This document shows positions 19,713 to 30,299 of a stretch of 64,000 nucleotides of DNA, piece after piece. The translations under genes were made by a program, and so were the position numbers. Under the pieces are notes generated by a model. The model ran no database searches, was not told the origin of the DNA, and saw nothing but the letters and a program-made list of their open reading frames with translations. How positions within the stretch are numbered: the stretch's first letter is position 1; the number at the start of each line of letters is the position of its first letter. Origin of the DNA: an uncultured Desulfobacter sp. (GTDB taxonomy: Bacteria > Desulfobacterota > Desulfobacteria > Desulfobacterales > Desulfobacteraceae); contig OY762069.1 of assembly GCA_963665095.1 (NCBI GenBank), positions 5,248,001 through 5,312,000 of the forward strand. Reading direction: 5' to 3'.

Positions 19713-20585
19713 ATGGATTTTCTGCAGATGATTCTCAGCGGTGTTGCCACAGGCTCCTCCTATGCCCTAATGGGACTTGCCATGGTGATTATCTACAAAA
19801 CCAGCGAGGTGCCTAATTTTGCCCAGGGTGAGATGGCCCTGGCCACGTCGTTTTTTGCCATGATGCTGCTTACTTCCATGAAAGTGTCCTTTATACCGGC
19901 AATGATTCTCACCATTGTGTTTTCCCTGGCCCTGGGGGCATTTCTGGAATTTGCCATTTTAAGGCGGGCAAAGGATCCCAATATCTTAGGAACGATTGTC
20001 ATCACCATTGGGATTGAGATGATTCTTTTAGGTGTTGTCTCCTGGAAATTCGGCGCGGAACAGAAAGCCATGCCTTTTCCCATCGGCCCTTTTGACGCCT
20101 ATGTCATAGGCGATCTTTTTATCTCCAAACTGGAGCTTCTGACAACAGTGATAGCCATATTGATCATGGTGGCTCTGTTTCTCTTTTTCAGATTTTCTCC
20201 CCTGGGCCTTGCCATGAAAGCCACCCAGCAGAATCTGGATGCCGCGAAAATCGTGGGAATTCGTACCCGCAGGATTATGATGATGACCTGGGGGATTTCC
20301 TCTGTGGTCGGGGCCACGGCAGGCCTGCTTATCTCTCCGGTACTGATGCATCCCTACATGATGTGGGATCCAATGCTCAAAGGATTTGCCGCAGCCGTCA
20401 TGGGCGGGATGACATCTTTGCCCGGTGCGGTAATTTCGGCCTATCTGTTAGGCATTATAGAAAATTTATTCGGCGGGTACATATCCATTGAATTTAAATC
20501 CACAATTGCGTTTGCCATCATTGTTCTGGTGCTGTGTCTCAAGCCCAACGGGCTGTTTGCAAAACATTACGTGAAAAAAGTGTAA
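19713..20585 (+). CDS. LIV-type ABC transporter permease (LivH-like)
   Basis: YALMGLAMVII...NFAQGE, GLAMKATQQN, AAVMGG, KPNGLF. Confidence 0.9.
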   Translation: MDFLQMILSGVATGSSYALMGLAMVIIYKTSEVPNFAQGEMALATSFFAMMLLTSMKVSFIPAMILTIVFSLALGAFLEFAILRRAKDPNILGTIVITIGIEMILLGVVSWKFGAEQKAMPFPIGPFDAYVIGDLFISKLELLTTVIAILIMVALFLFFRFSPLGLAMKATQQNLDAAKIVGIRTRRIMMMTWGISSVVGATAGLLISPVLMHPYMMWDPMLKGFAAAVMGGMTSLPGAVISAYLLGIIENLFGGYISIEFKSTIAFAIIVLVLCLKPNGLFAKHYVKKV

Positions 20586-20626
20586 ACCAAGAGGTCAAAT
20601 CATAAACAGCTGCAAAGGAGAAAAAG

Positions 20627-21820
20627 ATGAAAAAACAATTGTTCGTCGTCACTGCAATGCTGATGCTTGTCCTGGGAAGTATTGGCGTGGCCGCTGCCGA
20701 AAGCAGCGGTGTCACCGACACTGAAATTCACATTGGACAGTGGGGGCCGCAAACCGGGCCGGCCGCTGCATGGGGGGCTGTTGCCCGGGGAACGGGAGAC
20801 TATCTCAAATGGGTCAATGAGCAAGGCGACATCAATGGCCGCAAAATTGTCTATCATATGTTTGATGACGGTTATAATCCGGCGAAAACAAAGGCCGGCG
20901 TCAAAGAGCTGCAGGAGGGAACCGGGATTTTTTCCTGGATCGGCGGTGTGGGCACTTCTCCCGGCCTTGCGGTCAAGGATTATCTGGCAGACAGGAAAGT
21001 TCCCTGGGTAGGACCTTCCGCCGGCTCCATGAGCTGGGTGAAACCACCCAACCGTTATCTGTTTGCGGTGTATCCCCTATACTACCATGAGTCAAAAGCC
21101 CTTGTCAGGTATGCGGTAAAAGAGCTGGGCAAAAAGAAAGTGGCGGTGGCCTATCTGAATGATGAATATGGAAAGAACGGTCTTCGCGGCGTAAAAGAGG
21201 CTCTGGATGAACTGGGTATGGAGATTGCGGCCGAGGTCCCTGTGGAAAACAGAGAGACCGATTTTAAAGCCCACGCCATGAAGCTGAGAAAATCAAAAGC
21301 CGACACCGTGCTTCTCTGGACCACTGTGGGGCACGCCATCCGAATTCTGGGGACCTGCAAGGCCATGGGGTTCACGCCTCAGTTCATGGGATCAAGCACC
21401 ACATCTGATTTTGTTTTCATGGACCATATTTCCAAAGGGTTGTGGGAAGGTGTGATCTGCACCACCTTTGGCCTGGTTCCCACCAGCGACCATCCATTGA
21501 TGAAGAAATACAAAGCAGAAATTTTTGACAAATTTGCCTCCAAGGACGAGCGCTGGGGACAGTTTTATTCTGTGGGGATTCTCTTTGGAGAGGTCCTGGT
21601 TGAAGGGCTTAAAAAAGCCGGTCGTGATCTGAACACCGAATCTTTTATCGCTGCCATGGAGTCTATTAAAGGCTTTCAGGGGGTGGGCCCGGAAGTGAAT
21701 TTTGCCCCGTTTGACCCGGACAACCTGTATTCCCGGCAGGGAACCCGCACAAGTTTCATTATTCAGGCACTTAAGGATGGAAAAACCAAAATGCTCACTG
21801 ACTGGATAGAATTGGATTAA
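20627..21820 (+). CDS. LIV-type ABC transporter periplasmic binding protein
   Basis: Signal peptide; GVTDTEIHIG, INGRKI, DDGYNP. Confidence 0.9.
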   Translation: MKKQLFVVTAMLMLVLGSIGVAAAESSGVTDTEIHIGQWGPQTGPAAAWGAVARGTGDYLKWVNEQGDINGRKIVYHMFDDGYNPAKTKAGVKELQEGTGIFSWIGGVGTSPGLAVKDYLADRKVPWVGPSAGSMSWVKPPNRYLFAVYPLYYHESKALVRYAVKELGKKKVAVAYLNDEYGKNGLRGVKEALDELGMEIAAEVPVENRETDFKAHAMKLRKSKADTVLLWTTVGHAIRILGTCKAMGFTPQFMGSSTTSDFVFMDHISKGLWEGVICTTFGLVPTSDHPLMKKYKAEIFDKFASKDERWGQFYSVGILFGEVLVEGLKKAGRDLNTESFIAAMESIKGFQGVGPEVNFAPFDPDNLYSRQGTRTSFIIQALKDGKTKMLTDWIELD

Positions 21821-21821
21821 T

Positions 21822-22604
21822 ATGGAATCTTCGGCTTTTTTTGACGTTCAGGATCTCTCCATCTCATTTGGCGGTATCAAGGCGTTGCAGAATATCAGTT
21901 TTTCCATTGAAAAAGGCGAGGTCTTTTCCGTGATCGGGCCAAATGGCGCGGGAAAGACCACTCTGTTCAACTGTATTTCAGGGCTTTACCGGCCGGACTC
22001 CGGCGGGATCCGTTTCAAGGAAAAGGCCATTGAAAAAATGGCACCGGACAGGATTGCCGGCCTGGGCATTGCCCGCACCTTTCAGAATATTGAGCTCTTC
22101 TCCAACATGAACACCATGGAAAATATCATGGCCGGGCGTCATCTTCACATGAAGACCGGCCTTTTCCGCGGCATGTGGATGTGGGGGAAAAATTCTTTTG
22201 CCGGAAAGGAGGAGATTATCCACCGGGAAAAGGTGGAGCAGATCATTGATCTTCTGGAACTGCAGAATGTCAGGGACAAGTTTGTCAGTGAACTGCCCTA
22301 CGGGGTGCAGAAACAGGTGGAGCTGGCAAGAGCCCTGGCACTGGAGCCGGAACTGCTTTTGCTCGATGAGCCCTGCGCCGGTATGAACTCGGAAGAGAAA
22401 CAGGACATGATATTCTGGATCAAAGACATCCAGGATGAATTGGGGGTCACCATCCTGCTCATTGAGCATGACATGAAAATGGTGATGGATATTTCCAACC
22501 GGGTGCTGGCCATAAACTTCGGCAGCCCCATTACCCTGGGTGATCCTGAAACTGTCCAGCAGGACCCGGAAGTTCTTAAAGCTTACCTTGGCGAGGAGGA
22601 GTGA
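21822..22604 (+). CDS. ABC ATP-binding protein (LivG-like)
   Basis: GPNGAGKT, ARTFQN, LLDEP, IEHDM, AYLG. Confidence 0.92.
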   Translation: MESSAFFDVQDLSISFGGIKALQNISFSIEKGEVFSVIGPNGAGKTTLFNCISGLYRPDSGGIRFKEKAIEKMAPDRIAGLGIARTFQNIELFSNMNTMENIMAGRHLHMKTGLFRGMWMWGKNSFAGKEEIIHREKVEQIIDLLELQNVRDKFVSELPYGVQKQVELARALALEPELLLLDEPCAGMNSEEKQDMIFWIKDIQDELGVTILLIEHDMKMVMDISNRVLAINFGSPITLGDPETVQQDPEVLKAYLGEEE

Positions 22605-23383
22605 TCATGGCAGCGCTTCTGGAAGTGAATAATATTGAAACCTACTATGACCTGGTATACGCCATCCGGGGCGCCTCCTTTGCTGTGGAAGAGGGGACTG
22701 TAACCACTATTTTAGGCAATAACGGGGCTGGCAAATCAACCATATTAAAAACTGTTATGGGGCTGATTGATGACCAGCCGGAAAAGGGAACCATCGCTTT
22801 TCAGGGTACGCAGATTCAGGGGCGTTACACCGAGGATATTGTGCGCATGGGGATCGCCTATGTGCCTGAAGGCCGGGAGATCTTCGAAGAGCTGTCCGTT
22901 TATGAGCATCTGCTCATGGGGGCGTATACCCGCAAGGACAGTGCCGGCGTTAAAGAGGATATCCAGCGGGTCTACAACTATTTTCCCGTCCTGAATGAGC
23001 GGGCGAACCAGTGGGCCGGGACGCTTTCCGGCGGTGAGCAGCAGATGCTGGCCATTGGCCGGGCCCTCATGCTCAGGCCAAGGCTGCTTATCCTGGATGA
23101 ACCCTCCCTTGGGCTGTCACCGATTCTGGTAAAGGAGATTTTCAGCATCATCCGCCAGATAAACCGGGACGGGGTCACCATCCTCCTGGTGGAACAGAAT
23201 GCCAAAATGGCCTTAGGGGCTTCTGATGATGCCCTGATACTTGAAAACGGCCGGTTTGTGATGAAAGGGGCGTCAAGGGACCTGCTGGAAGACAAAGACG
23301 TCAAGGAGTTCTATCTTGGCATCCGGTCCGAGGAATCCGCCAAAGGATACCAGCGGTGGAAACGCAAAAAAGCGTGGCGGTGA
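22601..23383 (+). CDS. ABC ATP-binding protein (LivF-like)
   Basis: GNNGAGKS, YVPEGR, LSGGEQQM, DEPSLGL, VEQN; start could be ATG 22607. Confidence 0.92.
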   Translation: MIMAALLEVNNIETYYDLVYAIRGASFAVEEGTVTTILGNNGAGKSTILKTVMGLIDDQPEKGTIAFQGTQIQGRYTEDIVRMGIAYVPEGREIFEELSVYEHLLMGAYTRKDSAGVKEDIQRVYNYFPVLNERANQWAGTLSGGEQQMLAIGRALMLRPRLLILDEPSLGLSPILVKEIFSIIRQINRDGVTILLVEQNAKMALGASDDALILENGRFVMKGASRDLLEDKDVKEFYLGIRSEESAKGYQRWKRKKAWR

Positions 23384-23488
23384 CACACCTGCTGTATGGG
23401 GAATGTTTCTAAGGCCTGAGCAGTTGGAAAAATTGAAATTTTGATGCACAGGGCGCCGATTATCTGCAGTGCAAAGGAAAAGAACACC

Positions 23489-25285
23489 ATGATGAATACG
23501 GTTCCAACTATTTTTAAACAGACAGTGGCAGAAAACAGCAGTCGTGTGGCGCTTCGGACCAAGGAGTTCGGCCTGTGGCACGACATCACCTGGGATGAAT
23601 ACTTTGCAATGGTCAAAAAAGTGGGCTGTGCATTGACATCCATGGGGCTTAAGCCGGGCCAAAGCGTCTGCATCATCGGAGACAACAGCGTTGAGTGGGT
23701 GGCTGCGGACTTAGGCGTTCAGTGCGTGGGCGGCATCTCAGTCGGGGTTTATGCCACCAACGCCTGGCCCCAGGTGGAGTATGTGGTCAACCACAGTGAT
23801 GCCAGGTTTCTGTTTGCTGAAAACGAAGAGCAGCTGGACAAATGGCTGATGTTCAGGGATAACACGCCCAATCTTGAGAAAATCATTGTCTGGGATACCA
23901 AGGGGCTGCGTGAATTTGACGACCCCATGGTGATCAGTTTTGACACCCTGCTTGAGATGGGGGACAAGGCGGACAAAGCGGCCCCCGGAGAGTTTGAAAA
24001 GGGGATGGACCAGGTGAACGAAGAGGATATTTCCGTACTGATTTATACCTCCGGCACCACAGGACCGCCTAAAGGTGCCATGCTTACCCATAAGAATGTG
24101 ACCTGGACAGCCAGGGCCATAACGGCCAACAACCCGGTGCAGAAAGAGGATGAGGTGCTGAGCTTTCTGCCCCTGTGCCACATTTTTGAACGGCTTTTCA
24201 CGGTGTTTATCCACATTACCTATGCCTATACGGTTAATTTTGTGGAAAGGCCGGACACGGTGATGCAGAATATGACCGAAGTCTCCCCCACCGTGGGATA
24301 TGCTGTTCCCAGAATTTGGGAAAAGTACCATTCCAATGTCATGATCAAAATGGATGATGCCGACTTTTTCAAGCGAGCCCTGTTCAAATGGGCTTTAGGG
24401 ATTGGCCAGCGCAGGGCGGATCTGCTCATGGATTTAAAGCCGGTTCCGTTCTGGCTGAACTCCGCTTTTTCGATTGCCTGGTTTACGGTATTCAGAAAGC
24501 TCAAAGAGCGTCTGGGATTTGAACGAATCCGGGTCGCCTATTCCGGGGCTGCACCCATTTCAAAGGATGTGCTGCGGTTTTTTCAGTCCATTGGCATGGA
24601 CCTTGTGGAAGGGTATGGACAGACCGAAGGCACCGGCGTTACCACGGCCTCCCCCCAGGGGAAGGTGAAATTTGGAACAGTGGGACCTGCCCTTAAAGGG
24701 GTGGATCTCAAAATCGCCGGTGACGGGGAGATCCTGGTTCGCTCACCGGGCGTTTTCAAGGGATATTACAAGGCAGATGACGCCACGGCTGAAACCATCG
24801 TGGACGGGTGGCTGCTCACCGGGGATGTGGGAGAGATTGATAAGGACGGGTATCTGACCATCACGGATCGGAAAAAGGATATCATCGTGACAGCCGGCGG
24901 AAAAAATATCACGCCCCAGTACATTGAAAATAAACTGAAATCCAGTGTATACATCAACGATGCCATAGTGATCGGTGACCAGCGCAAGTTTGTGTCAAGC
25001 CTGATCATGATTGACGAGGACAATGTGGTGAAATTTGCCCAGGACAATAAGGTGCAGTTCTCGACGTACAAGGACCTGACCCAGAGCCCTGAAGTCAACG
25101 AACTGATCAGCAAAGAGGTGGCAGCCGTAAATGCCACCCTTGCACGGGTGGAAAGTATCCGCAAATTTACAATTATTCCCAAGCGGCTTTATGAAGAGGA
25201 CGGGGAAGTAACCCCCACCATGAAGATTAAACGTAAAATTATCCATGAAAGCTTCAAGGAGATGATTGAAGCCATGTATGCGTAG
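23489..25285 (+). CDS. Long-chain fatty acyl-CoA synthetase (AMP-forming)
   Basis: YTSGTTGPPKG, FLPLCHIFER, GYGQTE, TGDVG, DRKKDII..GGKNI, TPTMKIKR; probable start ATG 23489 after AAAGGA. Confidence 0.9.
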   Translation: MMNTVPTIFKQTVAENSSRVALRTKEFGLWHDITWDEYFAMVKKVGCALTSMGLKPGQSVCIIGDNSVEWVAADLGVQCVGGISVGVYATNAWPQVEYVVNHSDARFLFAENEEQLDKWLMFRDNTPNLEKIIVWDTKGLREFDDPMVISFDTLLEMGDKADKAAPGEFEKGMDQVNEEDISVLIYTSGTTGPPKGAMLTHKNVTWTARAITANNPVQKEDEVLSFLPLCHIFERLFTVFIHITYAYTVNFVERPDTVMQNMTEVSPTVGYAVPRIWEKYHSNVMIKMDDADFFKRALFKWALGIGQRRADLLMDLKPVPFWLNSAFSIAWFTVFRKLKERLGFERIRVAYSGAAPISKDVLRFFQSIGMDLVEGYGQTEGTGVTTASPQGKVKFGTVGPALKGVDLKIAGDGEILVRSPGVFKGYYKADDATAETIVDGWLLTGDVGEIDKDGYLTITDRKKDIIVTAGGKNITPQYIENKLKSSVYINDAIVIGDQRKFVSSLIMIDEDNVVKFAQDNKVQFSTYKDLTQSPEVNELISKEVAAVNATLARVESIRKFTIIPKRLYEEDGEVTPTMKIKRKIIHESFKEMIEAMYA

Positions 25286-25342
25286 CGCCCGGCTGATGCA
25301 CGGGGGCCCATACATGGCGAAATTCAGCATGCAGGTTTAGTC

Positions 25343-26194
25343 GTGACGAAGTATCGAAACATCCTGATTGTGGAGGGCGGTGGCATGCGGGGTATTTTTT
25401 CCGCAGGTGTGCTTGACCGTTTTCTGGAAAAAGGATTTCAGCCCTTTGATCTGTGTATGGGGGTGTCAGCCGGTGCCGGCAATGTGGCCGGGTTTATGGC
25501 AGAGATGCCGAAGCGCAGTTTTAAAATTTATCTCCACTGGTCCCTTTCTCCTGAATTTATCAGTCTGGCTTCGTTTATGAAAGGCGGGCATTTTATGGAT
25601 CTTGACTGGATGTGGGATGAGACCATTGCCCACATCCGCCTGAATCTTGACCGGATTTATGCCGGGGGCCGGCCTCTGGTGGTCTGCCTGACCGATGTTA
25701 AAACCGGCAAGCCGCTTTACAAATTTACCCGTAAAGATAATCTGGAGCATATTCTCAAAGCCTCGTCTGCCATACCTGTGGCCTATCGGGGCTTCCCTGT
25801 TGTGGACGGTCGGCCCTGTACTGACGGCGGCATTGCTGATCCAATTCCGGTGGAACAGGCCATGGCTCTGGGTGGCATGAAGATAATGGTGGTGCGGTCA
25901 AGGCCGAAGGCGTACAGAAAAAAGGAGCGGCTGCTTCAACACGGATTGAAACTGGCATTGAGAAACTATCCGGCACTTGCAGAGGCCACCGTCATGAGGG
26001 CAGATAAATACAACCGGACCGTGGATCTGATGGCGCATCCTGGAGGCGGTGTGTCTGTGATTCAGGTTTGTCCGCCCCAGGGATTTGCTCCCGGCCGCTT
26101 CTGCAGGAACCGGAATCGTCTGATTCAGGGGTATCTTTCAGGCAGACATGCTGCAGAAAAGGCCATTGGGCAATGGAATGGTGATAATGATTAA
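25343..26194 (+). CDS. Patatin-like phospholipase
   Basis: GGGMRG, GVSAG nucleophile elbow, DGG. Confidence 0.9.
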   Translation: MTKYRNILIVEGGGMRGIFSAGVLDRFLEKGFQPFDLCMGVSAGAGNVAGFMAEMPKRSFKIYLHWSLSPEFISLASFMKGGHFMDLDWMWDETIAHIRLNLDRIYAGGRPLVVCLTDVKTGKPLYKFTRKDNLEHILKASSAIPVAYRGFPVVDGRPCTDGGIADPIPVEQAMALGGMKIMVVRSRPKAYRKKERLLQHGLKLALRNYPALAEATVMRADKYNRTVDLMAHPGGGVSVIQVCPPQGFAPGRFCRNRNRLIQGYLSGRHAAEKAIGQWNGDND

Positions 26195-26255
26195 AAAGCT
26201 TTAAAAACCATGCAGCACACACAGTTTTGGAAAAAAAATATCCCTCTATAGTAAG

Positions 26256-26813
26256 TTAATTATAGCTTTTAAGCTTGTTACGCTGCACAAACCAGGTGAC
26301 ACCCAGGACAAAAGCAATGACTAACGAGACGCCCAGTATTCCCCATTTCAGCAGGGTAAAAGCACAGGCAGCCCGGGCAATCAGAACCGGCTGTTCAGGA
26401 TAGCTGTTCAGCATCAATACGATCCCCACATTTTCGCTTAAATCCATCAACACCCCTGCAATTGGAATGAGATACAACTTTTGCCAAAAGCTGCCTTCTG
26501 TGTAAATCCGGGGTGTCAGTGCCAGGGTGAGGAGCATGAGAAATCCACCATAGACAATGGGGTAAGCCGTGTCGGCGACAAGTTCTGTCCAGATATAGAA
26601 GGCGCGGCCTTCTTTACCATATGCTTCGATCATTGCAAACGCTTCCTCTGGCGTATAGCCGGTGATTTCCAGGTCAATGGGGCCGACCCCGCCGGAGTAG
26701 TGTGTTATCTGGTTGGCGATTCCACGCATGACCACCAAGTTAAACAGGATGAAAACTACGAAAAAAAACAGGATCATCCGGCCTGTTGCCATCCTTTTCA
26801 GTCGCATATACAT
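26256..26813 (-). CDS. Hypothetical membrane protein (about 4 TM)
   Basis: Hydrophobic segments; DTAYP and DLSEN motifs; convergent with patatin. Confidence 0.75.
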   Translation of the reverse strand: MYMRLKRMATGRMILFFFVVFILFNLVVMRGIANQITHYSGGVGPIDLEITGYTPEEAFAMIEAYGKEGRAFYIWTELVADTAYPIVYGGFLMLLTLALTPRIYTEGSFWQKLYLIPIAGVLMDLSENVGIVLMLNSYPEQPVLIARAACAFTLLKWGILGVSLVIAFVLGVTWFVQRNKLKSYN

Positions 26814-27131
26814 AACGCACCTGTCAGGGAAAATATTGAAATGCCATTGGGCAAAAAAAATAGACTTACGATTGCATCAATAATTGAACCCTGTTCCACT
26901 TCAGGGTAGTCTGAGCCCGGTCTTAAATTCAGATTTTGCAGTTTGAACGAATCAATTTCCAATAAACCTGTGTAATATCTTAGATTCCTGTTAAATATCA
27001 TAACATCTAAATTTTTCCCAATCCTTTTTGAATGGCTTCCGGGCTTGAAAACGCTTTGAAATGGCGCTAAAAAAGATGACAGTCCACACGACACGTACAG
27101 TGATAAACCTGATAACGCTGGGAATACAACC

Positions 27132-27905
27132 ATGACCACGACCTGCAACAACATGGGAAACACCGGGAATCGTTTTTTACTTGGCAGCGGCACCTTTCAG
27201 TTTGCCTGCCACGAGGGTGTGTCCTGCTTCACCCGCTGCTGCCATAATGCCGATATGTACCTTTATCCCTATGACATTGTACGTATGAAGCGGCATCTGA
27301 ATATCTCCTCAGAGGAATTCCTGGCGGCGCATACCATAACGGCTATCAGGGATATGCCCGCCTTTCCCAACGTGATGCTGAAAATGAGCAGCCGGCCTGG
27401 CAACCCCTGCACCTTCCTGACGGAAAAGGGGTGTACGATTTATATGGACAGGCCCTATTCATGCCGGGCCTATCCCCTGGAACCGGCTATTTACGGTGAC
27501 GCCGACGGCGGTATGCACACGCAGTACTTTGTTATGCGCCATGACCACTGCAAGGGGCACAGCGAAGATCAAAACTGGACGGCCAGAGCATGGATAGCAG
27601 ATCAGGAAATGGAAGATTACCATGAACCCAACAGCTGGTGGGCCCGTATCGCCGCCCGCTTGCAAGCCATCCCTTCCGGGGCGCAGGGCATGGACAGTCC
27701 ACCCATGAAAATGGCTTTCATGGCCAGTTACAACATGGATACCTTCCGTCGGTTTGTTTTTGAAAGTAGTTTTCTGTCGCGTTACATTGTACCACAACAG
27801 CAATTGGACGCAGCCGGGAATGATGACAGGGAACTGCTCATGCTCGGCCTCTCCTGGATTGAAAGGTTTTTATTTGGCGAAGGACCGTTAAAGGAGCGTA
27901 CCTGA
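27132..27905 (+). CDS. YkgJ-family (CxxCxxCC-type) cysteine-cluster protein
   Basis: CHEGVSCFTRCC, CTFL...CTIY..RPYSCRAYP. Confidence 0.85.
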   Translation: MTTTCNNMGNTGNRFLLGSGTFQFACHEGVSCFTRCCHNADMYLYPYDIVRMKRHLNISSEEFLAAHTITAIRDMPAFPNVMLKMSSRPGNPCTFLTEKGCTIYMDRPYSCRAYPLEPAIYGDADGGMHTQYFVMRHDHCKGHSEDQNWTARAWIADQEMEDYHEPNSWWARIAARLQAIPSGAQGMDSPPMKMAFMASYNMDTFRRFVFESSFLSRYIVPQQQLDAAGNDDRELLMLGLSWIERFLFGEGPLKERT

Positions 27906-27995
27906 TCTTTTTCCTTGATTTACATTTTAAGTTGACAACCCCTGCAGTTCTGTCCTAACGCTGTTAGAACAACAATCCTGAGATCAATTTATTCC

Positions 27996-30299
27996 ATGGA
28001 GGGCAAGATGCCGGGTTCTGATTCAGACCGGAAAGCAGCTGAGAACGGTATTTCCCTGCAGGCCAGAGCGAAAAGGATGTTCAGCACTCTGGAAATCCGG
28101 TTCAAGTTTCTTGTCAGCTTTGCCCTGATTTTTTTCTTGTCCATCTTGCTTTGCAACCTGTTTATCTATGTCTATGTCAGAAACAATATTGAGTCCCGGA
28201 TTGAAAGCGAGCTGACCAACACCACCCAGATGATCTACAACATGGTCACCACCTCGGTGACTGTCTCCATAAAAAACCATTTAAGGGCTGTGGCTGAAAA
28301 AAACCTGGACATTGTTTCCAGTATGTACAAAAAATTTAAGCAGGGGGAGCTGTCCGAGCAGGAGGCCAAATCCCGGGCCGCCGAGGTTATTCTCAGCCAG
28401 ACCATTGGCCGTTCCGGCTATCTTTACTGTCTGGACAGCCAGGGCAAGGTCACGGTACACCCCAAGGTGGCTTTGATCGGCACCAGTGTTAAAGATTTTC
28501 CCTTTGTGAAGCATATGACCCTGTCAAAGGATGGCTACCTGGAGTATGACTGGAAAAATCCCGGAGAGAGCCAGCCCCGGGCAAAGGCGTTGTATATGTC
28601 CTATTTCAAGCCCTGGGACTGGGTGATTTCCGCCAGTGCCTACCGGGAAGAATTCATCAAACTGGTGAATGTCAATGATTTCAAAAAAAGCATTCTCTCT
28701 TTAAAATTCGGAAAAACCGGATATGCCTTTGTCTTTGATAAAGACGCCAACGCCATTATTCATCCCGTGCTTCAGGATGTGAACATCTTTGACTCCAAGG
28801 ATCTGCCCAATCGCTACCTGGAAGATATGATGCTTCGCAAAAAGGGAAAATCCATTTACTACTGGAAAAATCCAGGCGAACCCCGGGCCCGGCCCAAGCT
28901 GGTAATTTTTAACTATATCCCCGAATACCAATGGATTGTGGCCTCATCTTCCTACCTGGACGAACTTCACCATCCCCTTGCCACAATTCGGAACGTCATC
29001 TTCGGTATCTCCCTGCTTTTTTTCGGTATCATGCTCTTTGTCACCTTCAATATCAGCCGGTCCATTACCACTCCCTTAAGAGATCTGATGACACGGTTTG
29101 ACACGGTGACGGCCGGCGATTATTCCGCCCGGATGCCCGTGGGCCCTAAGGATGAGGTGGGCCGCCTGGCCAGATACTTCAACCGGTTCATGGACCAGCT
29201 TCAGACCACCCATAAAAACCTTGAGGACCAGATCCGGGTCCGGCATATGGCTGAACAGGCCAGAAACGAGAGCCAGGAGCGGTATTATCTGCTCATGGAA
29301 GCGGCACCTGACCCTGTTGTTAATTACGATATGGAGGGACGGGTGATCTATTTCAACCCGGCCTTTACCCGGGTGTTCGGATGGAGCCTGAAAGAGTGCG
29401 CCGGCAGGAAAATGGATCATTTTGTGCCGGAAAACCACTGGGCAGAGACCCTGGTCATGATTGACAAGGTCCGGACCGGGGAAGGCATTTTTGACGTGGA
29501 GACCCGGCGATATGCCAGGGACGGGAAATTAAAAGATGTAAGCATCTCCGGTGCTTCTGCCTTTGACAGCCAGGGCAATCTGGCCGGCAGCATTATTATC
29601 TTAAGGGATATCACCCGGTCCAAGGGCCTTGAAAAGCAAGTGATGCAGGCCGGAGACCGGGAGCGTCTGCTCATCGGCCAGGACCTTCATGATGACCTGT
29701 GCCCCCATCTGATTGGGGTGGCCGGCCTGGTCGCTGCGCTGAAAGAGGACCTGGCAGACAGGAAAGACCCAGGTGCAGGACTTGCAGAAAAAATAGGCAC
29801 CCTCACCGAAGATGCGGTGGAAAAGAGTCGGCACCTGGCCCGGGGCCTGTGCCCGGTCCATCTGGTGGCCCACGGTCTCCAGGCGGCCCTGGACAACCTT
29901 TGCGCCCAGCTCTCCTTTCATCGGACCATCCAGTTTGAATGTGTGACAGACCCCGATATTCGGATCAGCGACAACAGCCGGGCCACACACCTTTATTATA
30001 TTGCCAGAGAGGCGGTGAACAACGCGGTGAAATATGCCCGGGCCACCAAAATTGAAATCCGGCTGGAAAATAATAAAAAAGAACAGGGCTCCCAACAGAT
30101 CCATTTAAGTGTCCGGGACAACGGTTGCGGCATATCAGCATATCGCAGGGGAACAGGCATTGGCCTTCAGATCATGGAATACCGGGCAAAGATCATTGAT
30201 GCCCAGTTCGATATTGAAACAGGGCCTGGAGGAACCCAGGTCAACGTACGTTTGGAACCCCAGGCTCAAGAAGAGGAAAGAAAGGGATCAACGCTATGA
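27996..30299 (+). CDS. Sensor histidine kinase (Cache-HAMP-PAS-HisKA_3)
   Basis: Two Cache-like repeats (YxWKNPGE), HAMP, PAS, GQDLHDDL H-box, EAVNNAVKY, DNGCG, GIGL. Confidence 0.9.
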   Translation: MEGKMPGSDSDRKAAENGISLQARAKRMFSTLEIRFKFLVSFALIFFLSILLCNLFIYVYVRNNIESRIESELTNTTQMIYNMVTTSVTVSIKNHLRAVAEKNLDIVSSMYKKFKQGELSEQEAKSRAAEVILSQTIGRSGYLYCLDSQGKVTVHPKVALIGTSVKDFPFVKHMTLSKDGYLEYDWKNPGESQPRAKALYMSYFKPWDWVISASAYREEFIKLVNVNDFKKSILSLKFGKTGYAFVFDKDANAIIHPVLQDVNIFDSKDLPNRYLEDMMLRKKGKSIYYWKNPGEPRARPKLVIFNYIPEYQWIVASSSYLDELHHPLATIRNVIFGISLLFFGIMLFVTFNISRSITTPLRDLMTRFDTVTAGDYSARMPVGPKDEVGRLARYFNRFMDQLQTTHKNLEDQIRVRHMAEQARNESQERYYLLMEAAPDPVVNYDMEGRVIYFNPAFTRVFGWSLKECAGRKMDHFVPENHWAETLVMIDKVRTGEGIFDVETRRYARDGKLKDVSISGASAFDSQGNLAGSIIILRDITRSKGLEKQVMQAGDRERLLIGQDLHDDLCPHLIGVAGLVAALKEDLADRKDPGAGLAEKIGTLTEDAVEKSRHLARGLCPVHLVAHGLQAALDNLCAQLSFHRTIQFECVTDPDIRISDNSRATHLYYIAREAVNNAVKYARATKIEIRLENNKKEQGSQQIHLSVRDNGCGISAYRRGTGIGLQIMEYRAKIIDAQFDIETGPGGTQVNVRLEPQAQEEERKGSTL

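Noticed and set aside
26798..27193. 131-aa minus-strand ORF in an AT-rich gap
   Set aside because: Overlaps both neighbours, no RBS or recognisable motif; could be a remnant but cannot be supported
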